Shown here piece by piece: positions 46,278 to 53,948 of a DNA stretch of 64,000 bases. Every line of letters begins with the position of its first letter. The first letter of the stretch is position 1. The notes under the pieces were generated by a model. That model was given only the letters and a program-made list of their open reading frames with translations. It was not told the DNA's origin and did not search any database. The translations under genes were made by a program, and so were the position numbers. Source of the stretch: a virus (taxonomy: Duplodnaviria > Caudoviricetes); the IMG/VR virus record IMGVR_UViG_3300028833_000077; one strand, 5' to 3'.

Positions 46278-46722
46278 CCTTTTCCTCTCCTATGTTGTTC
46301 AGCCTCTCAAGGACAGTCTCTCTGGCATCAATGATGTATATGTTGTCCTCACAGTCTGTACCTACAAAGAGAATACCATCAGTCTTGTATGCCTTCAGTA
46401 TCTTAGCATATGACTTGTCCCTGAAGTCACTATTGTCATCCTGAAGTAACCATGTATTGTCAAGCAGGTATAACTGCATAACAGTATCCACATCCTCTGT
46501 ACTTGCTATCTTGACAGCAAAGACCCTAGAGTCCTCACATCCTACTCCGAAGATGGTATACTCATTACCCTTCTCTACAATCAGCTTCTCGAATCTTGTA
46601 TAGACAGTGCATCTTGCAGTCTTCTCATAGAGTTCACACTGTTCCTTGTCAGGGAATTGGGTCCCATCAACTGCCTCATATACAATGTCATAGACAGTTC
46701 TCTCATTCTTGATTTCCTTCAT
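46255..46722 (-). CDS. Hypothetical protein
   Basis: 155 aa; 'YEAVDGTQF.DKEQC..YE' N-terminal pattern. Confidence 0.65.
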   Translation of the reverse strand: MKEIKNERTVYDIVYEAVDGTQFPDKEQCELYEKTARCTVYTRFEKLIVEKGNEYTIFGVGCEDSRVFAVKIASTEDVDTVMQLYLLDNTWLLQDDNSDFRDKSYAKILKAYKTDGILFVGTDCEDNIYIIDARETVLERLNNIGEEKDDTVQSE

Positions 46723-47119
46723 AATCTGGTTTTTCTTCTCTTGGTTCTACAAATAAACTACACATGGACTGATAGAAATGCTCAGCCCACTTCTCTACAT
46801 TTTCAATAGTGTCTCCATCATGCCATGCCAAGACAAAGTCAAGTCTCTCACCAATGGTTCTTGACATGTCCACATGAATCTCAATGCCCACATGGTTCTG
46901 CATACTCTTTGGGAGCCTGTCCCAAAGTTCATGCATCTCTGAGTAATCATAGACAGACAGGCCTATCTGATAAGCATACCTCTCATCATCCCACTTGTTG
47001 TCTTCCTTATGGAATCCCTTGCCTATGACATAGTTCTCATGATGCCAATGCTGGCCATACTTCTTATAGCCTTTAGAGTACAGTTCCTCAGCAAGATTTT
47101 CAAACTTTATCTTGTCCAT
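46703..47119 (-). CDS. Hypothetical protein (start taken at MDKIKF)
   Basis: Intact ORF in the overlapping cluster. Confidence 0.6.
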   Translation of the reverse strand: MDKIKFENLAEELYSKGYKKYGQHWHHENYVIGKGFHKEDNKWDDERYAYQIGLSVYDYSEMHELWDRLPKSMQNHVGIEIHVDMSRTIGERLDFVLAWHDGDTIENVEKWAEHFYQSMCSLFVEPREEKPDYEGNQE

Positions 47120-47393
47120 CCTTGAAGTTCTTTTCAACCTCATCCATGTGCTCTACTACCTTCCTCAATTTGTCTACATCGGAGGGCCTGAGTATCATCT
47201 CATCAAAGTCTCCATACCTGCTAGTGTAACCAAAGATATACTTGATACCATGTATGAGTCTTTTCCAAAAGGGTAGTCTACAGAGGTGGAAGGTGACAAA
47301 CACCTCACCATCCTCAGTGACAGTCCTGAACATCATCTGATGCTCCATGTTCTCGCACTGGCACAAAACCAGTTCTTCTAACTGCTTCTTCAT
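47100..47393 (-). CDS. Hypothetical protein (start taken at MKKQLE)
   Basis: 'LCQCENMEHQ...FWKRL.HGIKYIFGY.SRYG.FDE' pattern. Confidence 0.6.
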   Translation of the reverse strand: MKKQLEELVLCQCENMEHQMMFRTVTEDGEVFVTFHLCRLPFWKRLIHGIKYIFGYTSRYGDFDEMILRPSDVDKLRKVVEHMDEVEKNFKDGQDKV

Positions 47394-47532
47394 ATTGCTT
47401 TGCCTTTTTAATCTCATAGTTCCTGGGAGCAGTGACCTTTCTCCATTTCTGGACTTTGTCCCTTCCTCCCTTATTCCAATACCAGTACTTCCAGTAACCT
47501 GGTTTGGCATAACTCTTCTTGCTTACACTCAT
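47314..47532 (-). CDS. Hypothetical basic protein
   Basis: ATGA-coupled to the upstream gene but overlaps the next ORF. Confidence 0.4.
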   Translation of the reverse strand: MSVSKKSYAKPGYWKYWYWNKGGRDKVQKWRKVTAPRNYEIKKAKQYEEAVRRTGFVPVREHGASDDVQDCH

Positions 47533-47717
47533 TCAGGTTCTTTCAACACCTCTTTATGAAAAGTTATATTGCCTGAGCTGAACATCCACTGACAGTCATT
47601 GGCATTATGGCCTAGAGAGTCCAGCAAATCATCCATATCAGGCTCCTGAATGTACTCTGTGGGATAGATGTCCACATCTCCTGAGTTGAAATCAAGTATT
47701 ACCAAGTGTTCCATCAT
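47529..47717 (-). CDS. Hypothetical protein
   Basis: 62 aa, coupled. Confidence 0.6.
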   Translation of the reverse strand: MMEHLVILDFNSGDVDIYPTEYIQEPDMDDLLDSLGHNANDCQWMFSSGNITFHKEVLKEPE

Positions 47718-48018
47718 CCTGTTCCTCCTTTTCCTTTACTGGTATAATCAAATAAGACATGAATCTTGAGCCTCCAAAGGCTGTGACTTTTTGAATTCTC
47801 ATGTCAAGCAGTTTCTTTGGTATAGAGTCTTTCAGCTTCCCATTCTCATACTCATACTTAGGACAGTCCATGTCCTGACCTATCCTGAAATATCCGAAGT
47901 CATAAGGGCTGCCTTCCAACACTTCATCGATGAACCCCCTTGCAAGAAGGGCATTGTATCCTGATACATCAAAGACAAATCCGTCTTTGAATCCTCCTTT
48001 GACAATGGCCAGTTTCAT
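47692..48018 (-). CDS. Hypothetical protein
   Basis: 108 aa, coupled. Confidence 0.6.
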   Translation of the reverse strand: MKLAIVKGGFKDGFVFDVSGYNALLARGFIDEVLEGSPYDFGYFRIGQDMDCPKYEYENGKLKDSIPKKLLDMRIQKVTAFGGSRFMSYLIIPVKEKEEQDDGTLGNT

Positions 48019-48236
48019 ACTCCATAGGTTTTAGGCAGTTTATTCCTGACAGATTTGATGGTGTCCTTCTCATCAATCTCAATCTTATATCTTCCAGAGT
48101 AGGGGACAAACCATCTCAACTCTACAATGATGGAGATGTCCTCCTTTTCAGCCTGATGCACTATGTCAAGTGCCTCCACAATATCCCTATCCTGTGGGAT
48201 ACCGTCACATTTGTAAATCTTTACTTCTCTTAGCAT
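48015..48236 (-). CDS. Hypothetical protein
   Basis: 73 aa, coupled. Confidence 0.6.
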   Translation of the reverse strand: MLREVKIYKCDGIPQDRDIVEALDIVHQAEKEDISIIVELRWFVPYSGRYKIEIDEKDTIKSVRNKLPKTYGV

Positions 48237-48237
48237 A

Positions 48238-48651
48238 TCATTTCTTGTTTTTCATTAACTCACACGCTGTAGATACCATTATCCTTGCTACTGAACCCAA
48301 TAGGTAGCAGAAAGGCTCCTGGTTGTCAAAGTGCACTTTGGAGTCTGTAAAGAAGAATATCTCCAGTGCCACATGTCCTGCCTCATGTGCCATGGTCTCA
48401 GTGCAGACGTTCTCTTCATCAGGAAACCATACAAGCAGGCACCTCTCATCAGTCTTCTTGTCCTTGACTACATAGGTTGAAGCTCCTGTACTACATGGTT
48501 CTCCAATGATGTCGAACTCATCATCAGCAGGCTTGAAGGAATCATTTATCTCCTTCTTCTTGTCACCAATGGCAACAATGAGATTGACCGGCCATGTGAC
48601 CAAGTCATACCTCTTTAGTATGCTCTTGCTCTTCTGTTCCTTCTTTTTCAT
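48238..48651 (-). CDS. HExxH zincin-like small protein
   Basis: 'TMAHEAGHVA...DNQEPFCYL'. Confidence 0.7.
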   Translation of the reverse strand: MKKKEQKSKSILKRYDLVTWPVNLIVAIGDKKKEINDSFKPADDEFDIIGEPCSTGASTYVVKDKKTDERCLLVWFPDEENVCTETMAHEAGHVALEIFFFTDSKVHFDNQEPFCYLLGSVARIMVSTACELMKNKK

Positions 48652-48874
48652 TCTTCTTCACTTCTGTCTCCTGAATCTCATAGCCCTTGATGTACCTCTT
48701 GAGGAACACCAATGCATCGTCCTTGTACTTTTTGATGAGGGCATCCACTTCAGAGAGGATAGATGATGCACCATCCACATAGCCATTCTTCCATTCCTTC
48801 TCCTCAAATGAAGTTCCCCTTCTCCTGTCATTGGCACGCACAGTCAGTGCCTCTGTAAATCTGTCTATCTCCAT
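48605..48874 (-). CDS. Hypothetical protein
   Basis: 89-aa ORF. Confidence 0.55.
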   Translation of the reverse strand: MEIDRFTEALTVRANDRRRGTSFEEKEWKNGYVDGASSILSEVDALIKKYKDDALVFLKRYIKGYEIQETEVKKNEKEGTEEQEHTKEV

Positions 48875-48875
48875 G

Positions 48876-49010
48876 TCACTTCTGTTTATGCTTCAACATC
48901 TCACTGATCAGACCATCATTGTTGTCATCTACAGTTGCATCATCAGGAATGAACAATCTGTCGAATGCTTCCTGAATCTCTTCGAAAATCTGAGGTATTG
49001 ACTTATTCAT
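48876..49010 (-). CDS. Small hypothetical protein (44 aa, not in ORF track)
   Basis: MNKSIPQIFEEIQEAFDRLFIPDD...; fills the gap exactly. Confidence 0.5.
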   Translation of the reverse strand: MNKSIPQIFEEIQEAFDRLFIPDDATVDDNNDGLISEMLKHKQK

Positions 49011-49206
49011 CTGTTTCAATTGTTAGTTTGATTTTAATAGGACTGTGGTCCTTGGCCAGCTCAACCAGCCTTGAATCACTGTTTATCATCTCTCTCAAGG
49101 AAGCCAACTGCATAATCCAGTCAGGGTTGTGCAATTCAGGCTCCTCCTTCCAGACATCAAGTGAATGATGCCCATAGTCATAGGTCACATAAACTGTGTG
49201 TTCCAT
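49003..49206 (-). CDS. Hypothetical protein
   Basis: 67-aa ORF following RNase H. Confidence 0.55.
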   Translation of the reverse strand: MEHTVYVTYDYGHHSLDVWKEEPELHNPDWIMQLASLREMINSDSRLVELAKDHSPIKIKLTIETDE

Positions 49207-49207
49207 A

Positions 49208-50023
49208 TCAAGTCTTCTTGGTCTTCCTTCTAGTCTTCCTCTTAGGTGGAGCTGTTTCTTCCTGAGAAGCCTCTTCTACAGGAGGGGCAATCATCTTGGC
49301 ATACTCAGTCCTTGCCATCCTGTCACACTCTTCATTGTACCTATCTCCTGCATGGCCTCTTACCCATTTCAGTGTAGCTTTGATACCTTTGGCTCTGCAT
49401 ATTGACCTATATCTGTCAACTATGTCAAGGTTCTCAGATGCTTCCCATTTCCCACTGAGCACATTGATGCTGTACTGTGAGTCTGAATGAATAACCACTT
49501 CAGCCCCATTGGGAAGGGAGTTCACTACACTGACGATGGCAAGCAGTTCCATCCTGTTTGTTGTGGTGTGGAGGAATCCCTTTGATGTCCTCTTGTACTC
49601 ATTGCCATCCTCACCTATTATTATATAGGCAGAACCCCCAGGCTTGTCAGGATGGAACCAGTTGCCACTGCCATCAGTCCATGCAATGAACTTCTTCTGA
49701 GTGCTCTTGTTGGATGCAATCAGATTGTTCTGCATCACCTTGAAGGCATTTATATCCAGCTTGTCCAAGTACCCTGAAGTGCTTGCATTCTTGTGTGGCT
49801 CATACCACCATCTTACCATGACGGTGTAGTAATCCACAAAGACCTCCATCTTAGAAGGCACACCTTTCGCCTTGCCCCAAACCTTAGTGAAGATGTCTCT
49901 ATTGTAATCATCATCCCTGTAATACTTGAAGCCTTCTGAAGTCAGATAGTCTCTAAGTTCTCCATTTGTCATGTTTGTTATTGCTGTTTTCAATATTGTC
50001 AGTTTACTACTGCTCTCTTCCAT
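49208..50023 (-). CDS. rnhA: Ribonuclease HI with ~110-aa N-terminal extension
   Basis: 'WTDGS', 'TTNRMELLA', 'SDSQY', 'WVRGHAGDRYNEECD' give the complete DEDD catalytic set. Confidence 0.9.
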   Translation of the reverse strand: MEESSSKLTILKTAITNMTNGELRDYLTSEGFKYYRDDDYNRDIFTKVWGKAKGVPSKMEVFVDYYTVMVRWWYEPHKNASTSGYLDKLDINAFKVMQNNLIASNKSTQKKFIAWTDGSGNWFHPDKPGGSAYIIIGEDGNEYKRTSKGFLHTTTNRMELLAIVSVVNSLPNGAEVVIHSDSQYSINVLSGKWEASENLDIVDRYRSICRAKGIKATLKWVRGHAGDRYNEECDRMARTEYAKMIAPPVEEASQEETAPPKRKTRRKTKKT

Positions 50024-50366
50024 CAGCCGTGCAGACCAGGTAATCAGGCTTCTTAGCTGATATCAGAGAGCTTCTTCCTGGTGTGTAAAGAAATTTCACT
50101 CACCAGTTTAACAGAACCTCTCTGTCTCTCTCAGATTGATGGATTTCCAACCAGTATAAACGAGTATCCCCCCTTCAACCAGACTGACTATCTAACAGGT
50201 TAAGCCAGCTTCAGATGTGTGTAGAGTTGCCTGTCTCTGGTGCTGTAGTCATCTTCCAAGCCCCACTATCTCGGTGTGCACCTCCTTGCTGCGAGTGTTC
50301 AGCTCCAACAGCCTAGTACCGATTTATCCCATGCTCCCTAGCGAACCCAGCAGGAACTTCCTCTCT

Positions 50367-50549
50367 TAACTGGTAATGCGAAGCATGTTTAGTAATCGAG
50401 GGTGGTTATCTGAATAAAGGAAAAATCCAGTAAACAGAAAAATTGCAACCCTATAGTAGCTCACAGGTTGCAATTCTCTCCATTTACTGGTATATGAGAA
50501 AAAATCCTTCTACCCAATTATGTCGAAGCAATCAGAGCTACTTGATTAC
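50367..50549 (-). ncRNA. Putative structured leader RNA, copy 2 (two hairpins with complementary loops)
   Basis: 5' hairpin GUAAUCA-AGUAGCUC-UGAUUGC (50549-50528); long hairpin CCAGUAAAUGG...UUGCAACC-UGUGAGCUACUAUAG-GGUUGCAA...UUUACUGG + U-rich tail (50490-50427). Confidence 0.7.
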
Positions 50550-50554
50550 GTGGA

Positions 50555-50562
50555 CAAAGGTA
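50555..50562 (-). promoter_or_regulatory. Bacteroidota -7 promoter element TACCTTTG
   Basis: Exact match just upstream of leader RNA copy 2. Confidence 0.7.
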
Positions 50563-50630
50563 CACATTATAGGTTATATAGTCAAGGACCTAAGAACGAT
50601 ACTAAGGTCAGAGTAGGATTACCCTTAGAT

Positions 50631-51005
50631 TCAGCTACCACAGTGCTCCCCAAACATGGGTTGGAACATGGACTGCTCCATATAGCATATCGGGGAACTG
50701 ATGTTCTTGAACATCCTCTCCTTAGCATCCTTGGAGATACCCACCAACCTTCCTGTGCGGTAGGGGTTATTTCCTGACTCCCCATCCTTGACCTCAATGA
50801 TGAGCAGGCCCTTCTGGTCTACCACATTCTGACAGTCGTCACACAGTCCCATGTAGACATCCTTTGGGGCCTCTTGGTCTCCCTTGAGCTTTCCCATCAA
50901 AGCTACTCCTATCTCCTTGCCACAACACTCACAATGGGTAATGCTTGGATTGAGCCCATGCTTTGGTGACAGCTGTATTGAACCTTTCTTTCTTGCCATA
51001 ATCAA
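50631..51005 (-). CDS. Hypothetical zinc-binding protein
   Basis: 'LSPKHGLNPSI..CECCG....CDDC'. Confidence 0.7.
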   Translation of the reverse strand: MIMARKKGSIQLSPKHGLNPSITHCECCGKEIGVALMGKLKGDQEAPKDVYMGLCDDCQNVVDQKGLLIIEVKDGESGNNPYRTGRLVGISKDAKERMFKNISSPICYMEQSMFQPMFGEHCGS

Positions 51006-51247
51006 TTCTGATGTTGTTCCCTAATCATTTCCATGGGAGTAACCTTCTCCCAAGCCCCGCAGTGAGGGCAGTGGAAGTTGTACTCCTCCACATGCCCCTT
51101 CTGGTCATAGTTGTCCCTCATGTGCTTCATCCTCTTGCCACAGTAGGGACATTTTCTGTTGTAGAATGCCAAGGCTATGCCGATGAATATGTTGAGGAAC
51201 ACCAGCATCACCATGCACAGCAGTACAAGAATTATCGTACCTAACAT
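51002..51247 (-). CDS. Membrane-anchored zinc-ribbon protein (start taken at MLGTII)
   Basis: N-terminal hydrophobic helix followed by CPYCG...CPHCG. Confidence 0.65.
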   Translation of the reverse strand: MLGTIILVLLCMVMLVFLNIFIGIALAFYNRKCPYCGKRMKHMRDNYDQKGHVEEYNFHCPHCGAWEKVTPMEMIREQHQN

Positions 51248-51248
51248 A

Positions 51249-51695
51249 TCAATCCTGTTCAAAGTCAGTTTCATCCTCAGTCCAGCACTCACACTCTTCG
51301 ATGAGTCCCTTGAGCCTTCTTACCTTAGTAGCCTTGAAGCTTCTGTCACCAGGAAGCATGTCCTTCTGGATTTCCCTGAGGTCCTTCTCAAGGTATTCCT
51401 GCAGCATTTGTATAAGCTGCAAAGGAGTCTTGTAGCCATTGCTTTCATACTCCTTAGACCAATCAGTATCAGAGGTATCATCAGGATCCTGCCAGCCAGA
51501 TGCACAGCAGCTCTCACCATCATAGTCATAGTCAACACCTGATGCACCAGGGATATAGTCGTTTGTCCATACAGAGGCAGTTCTGCTCAGTGACTGGCTG
51601 CATGTTACTTCAAACTCCTTCTCAGGGATATCACAATCGGCCCATGGAGCCCCCGGAGTTGAGTCACTCAAACCGTCTGGATAATTTGATAACAT
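51249..51695 (-). CDS. Hypothetical acidic protein
   Basis: 148 aa; 'NYPDG....PGAPW' N-terminus. Confidence 0.65.
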   Translation of the reverse strand: MLSNYPDGLSDSTPGAPWADCDIPEKEFEVTCSQSLSRTASVWTNDYIPGASGVDYDYDGESCCASGWQDPDDTSDTDWSKEYESNGYKTPLQLIQMLQEYLEKDLREIQKDMLPGDRSFKATKVRRLKGLIEECECWTEDETDFEQD

Positions 51696-51701
51696 ATTCG
51701 T

Positions 51702-52013
51702 CTATTCCTTCTTTAAAATGTTGATTCTGTCTTGGATATAGAACATGGCCTTCTCCAAGTCCTCTATCTCCTTCTCCTTGCTTGACATGCCTTCCTCAGA
51801 CTTCAGTCCTGCCCTCCATAGATACTTGACGGCATTGCCTTTCCATGTAGGCATGTCCCTTATCACATCAATGCACTCTAGGTTCACATCGAAGTCTGCA
51901 TCACATACTGCACAACGCAGTTTCAGTACAGGGCCGCCATGTGTGTAGTGGTAGGGATGGTTTACTCTGTCATACTCTTCTTCCTTCCCTACATTTCCTA
52001 TTATCTGTTCCAT
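51702..52013 (-). CDS. DUF3310-family protein (T7 gp1.7 nucleotide-kinase-like; start taken at MEQIIG)
   Basis: 'DRVNHPYHY...ECIDVI...GNAVKYLWRAG.K...EDLEKA.FYI'. Confidence 0.8.
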   Translation of the reverse strand: MEQIIGNVGKEEEYDRVNHPYHYTHGGPVLKLRCAVCDADFDVNLECIDVIRDMPTWKGNAVKYLWRAGLKSEEGMSSKEKEIEDLEKAMFYIQDRINILKKE

Positions 52014-52023
52014 GATAAATTCT

Positions 52024-52134
52024 TTAAATCGGTTCATACTCATCTGGCGTGCAGGGAGTCCTGCCCAGTTCATATATGAATAGGGCAATGACTCCTACCA
52101 AATATATACCCATGATAATGGCTATAGTCTTCAT
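52024..52134 (-). CDS. Small membrane protein (36 aa, not in ORF track)
   Basis: MKTIAIIMGIYLVGVIALFIYELGRTPCTPDEYEPI; single hydrophobic helix. Confidence 0.5.
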   Translation of the reverse strand: MKTIAIIMGIYLVGVIALFIYELGRTPCTPDEYEPI

Positions 52135-52147
52135 AGATGTCTGGTCT

Positions 52148-52576
52148 TTAGGGTTGTACTACATCATCGAGGTACTCATAGTCCACTTGGATGATTCCCT
52201 CAATGGTCATGTCATAGCCCTGACGGGCAAGCTTCTGAGTGTTTATATGGGCCTCTGAGAGGTCATTGGCCCAGATGAGCACCTTGTACTTTAGTGACTT
52301 CTCAGTACCGTCATCAGCCAGCCATACATCCTTTAAGGTGGCAATGAAGGTACTGTCACCAGTGAACTGGTTGGCGACCTCCTTCAATGGAGACATCCTC
52401 AGTGACTGTATGGAGAAGTCCTCCACAGAGCCATCCGTCTGTTCCTGTGCCAGCTTGGCCATTACATCATACTCTGCCTCTGCAAACAGTTCCCTGTTCA
52501 GCAGGAGCGTCTCAGTTCTCTTCCTTGTCTTGCCATCAATGACTCTGGCAACCTTCACTTTCACTTCAATCAGCAT
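52148..52576 (-). CDS. DUF4494-like protein
   Basis: 'EVKVKV....DGK.RKRTE..L....FAEAE...D.GTEK.....LI.A.DL.EA' pattern of the Bacteroidota DUF4494 family. Confidence 0.65.
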   Translation of the reverse strand: MLIEVKVKVARVIDGKTRKRTETLLLNRELFAEAEYDVMAKLAQEQTDGSVEDFSIQSLRMSPLKEVANQFTGDSTFIATLKDVWLADDGTEKSLKYKVLIWANDLSEAHINTQKLARQGYDMTIEGIIQVDYEYLDDVVQP

Positions 52577-52594
52577 ATTCTTTCTTTTTATACA

Positions 52595-52864
52595 TTAAAT
52601 TGCATTTCCCCTCGGATAAATCTCATTCACATAGCACCATCCATCCACTTTCGGACTGAAGAGGCTTATGGGCCCTGAATGGTTCTCAGCCCAGCACTCA
52701 TTGGTATCCTTGTCATAGCTGTAAGCTGTGTATATGCTGCCTTCCATAGCTATGAGGATACCTCCCATCTCATGGAAGTCCAGTATGGGCTTCACATGAT
52801 ACGAATACCAGTTGACTCTCATAAGGCTGATACATCTAGACCATTCTCCTCCATCCTTGCACAT
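52595..52864 (-). CDS. Hypothetical protein
   Basis: 89-aa ORF; true start uncertain. Confidence 0.5.
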   Translation of the reverse strand: MCKDGGEWSRCISLMRVNWYSYHVKPILDFHEMGGILIAMEGSIYTAYSYDKDTNECWAENHSGPISLFSPKVDGWCYVNEIYPRGNAI

Positions 52865-53085
52865 ATATAGTCATTCCTGACCCTTGCCAGTTCGTTGACT
52901 ATCTCCTTGGGAGACCACTCGTCCTTTACAGGAACAAGTGGGATTCCTTGATGAGCAAAGTATACAGTGCCCTTGAAGTCAGTCAGAGTGATGACATCCT
53001 CTGCCATCCTCTCAATGTCTCTCTTACGGGAGGACTGGTGTCTCTCCCTCAGTGTGCTGAAGAATCCCATGTTCAATTCCCCCAA
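52819..53085 (-). CDS. Hypothetical protein
   Basis: 88-aa ORF (likely start MGFFST). Confidence 0.6.
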   Translation of the reverse strand: MGELNMGFFSTLRERHQSSRKRDIERMAEDVITLTDFKGTVYFAHQGIPLVPVKDEWSPKEIVNELARVRNDYICARMEENGLDVSAL

Positions 53086-53801
53086 TTTAGACCTATTGCC
53101 TTGAAGAGGCTCTTCAGGAATAGTACCTTCCTCTTCCCTATACCCCTCTCCTTGCGTATCAACTCCTCTGGATCGGACACATAGACCTTTCCAAGAGTAC
53201 CATACTTGTTGATGGTGTTCTTGATGCCTCCATCCAATTGGATGTTGATGTCCTCCAACTCAGTGCCACTGAGCTCAAGCACATCTTTGACTGATGCTCC
53301 TAAGGAATCAAACACCTTCTTGTTGCTCTCATAGGGAGGAATATCTTCCTTCTTCTCCTTCTTCACTTCCTTCCTCTCCTGCTTCTTTGAGGAGTCTATT
53401 GTCATGGCAACAGTTCCTGAAGGCTGGCTAATCCTATAGGTTGCATAATCCCCACTATTGGCCATGTTGTCCGATATGTCCAGCTCAGTATCCTTCTTCA
53501 GATTGAAGTGGTTCTGGATGAAGTCAATCAAGAGCTTTCCCCTGAGAGAGAATGTCTGGTCTGCCGTAGGAGCAGTGATGCCGAATCCTTTTGACTTGTT
53601 GAAGATAAAGTAGAGGCTCTTGGAGTCATCACCCACACCTACATTGCAATAGGTAGGACGAAGCTTGGCAAGCTCCTTGGTGATGCTCTTGTTGAAGACA
53701 ATCCTCTTGTCCTTGTTTTCAATCCTGACACGCACAGTATTCTTGCCTATACCCATTCGGCATGTAGCAGAATTCAAGTCAATAAATGTAATGTGTTCCA
53801 T
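53073..53801 (-). CDS. Hypothetical protein with C-terminal RNA polymerase alpha-CTD-like helix-hairpin-helix
   Basis: 'LEDINIQL...IKNTINKYGTLGKVYVSDPEELIRKERGIGKRKVLFLKSLFKAIGL' resembles the alpha-CTD consensus. Confidence 0.55.
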   Translation of the reverse strand: MEHITFIDLNSATCRMGIGKNTVRVRIENKDKRIVFNKSITKELAKLRPTYCNVGVGDDSKSLYFIFNKSKGFGITAPTADQTFSLRGKLLIDFIQNHFNLKKDTELDISDNMANSGDYATYRISQPSGTVAMTIDSSKKQERKEVKKEKKEDIPPYESNKKVFDSLGASVKDVLELSGTELEDINIQLDGGIKNTINKYGTLGKVYVSDPEELIRKERGIGKRKVLFLKSLFKAIGLNWGN

Positions 53802-53812
53802 TCTTAGTCGTT

Positions 53813-53938
53813 TTAATATTCATGATACATTTCATATAAATCGAGAAGCTCCTCAACAGGAGTGTGGTCCACCACCTCACTTGTCCATCCTTGAACATTG
53901 GTGAAGTAATCTCTCAGTTCTTTTTCAGTTATTGGCAT
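53813..53938 (-). CDS. Small hypothetical protein (41 aa, not in ORF track)
   Basis: MPITEKELRDYFTNVQGWTSEVVDHTPVEELLDLYEMYHEY between polA and the next gene. Confidence 0.55.
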   Translation of the reverse strand: MPITEKELRDYFTNVQGWTSEVVDHTPVEELLDLYEMYHEY

Positions 53939-53948
53939 AGCGTTAGTG

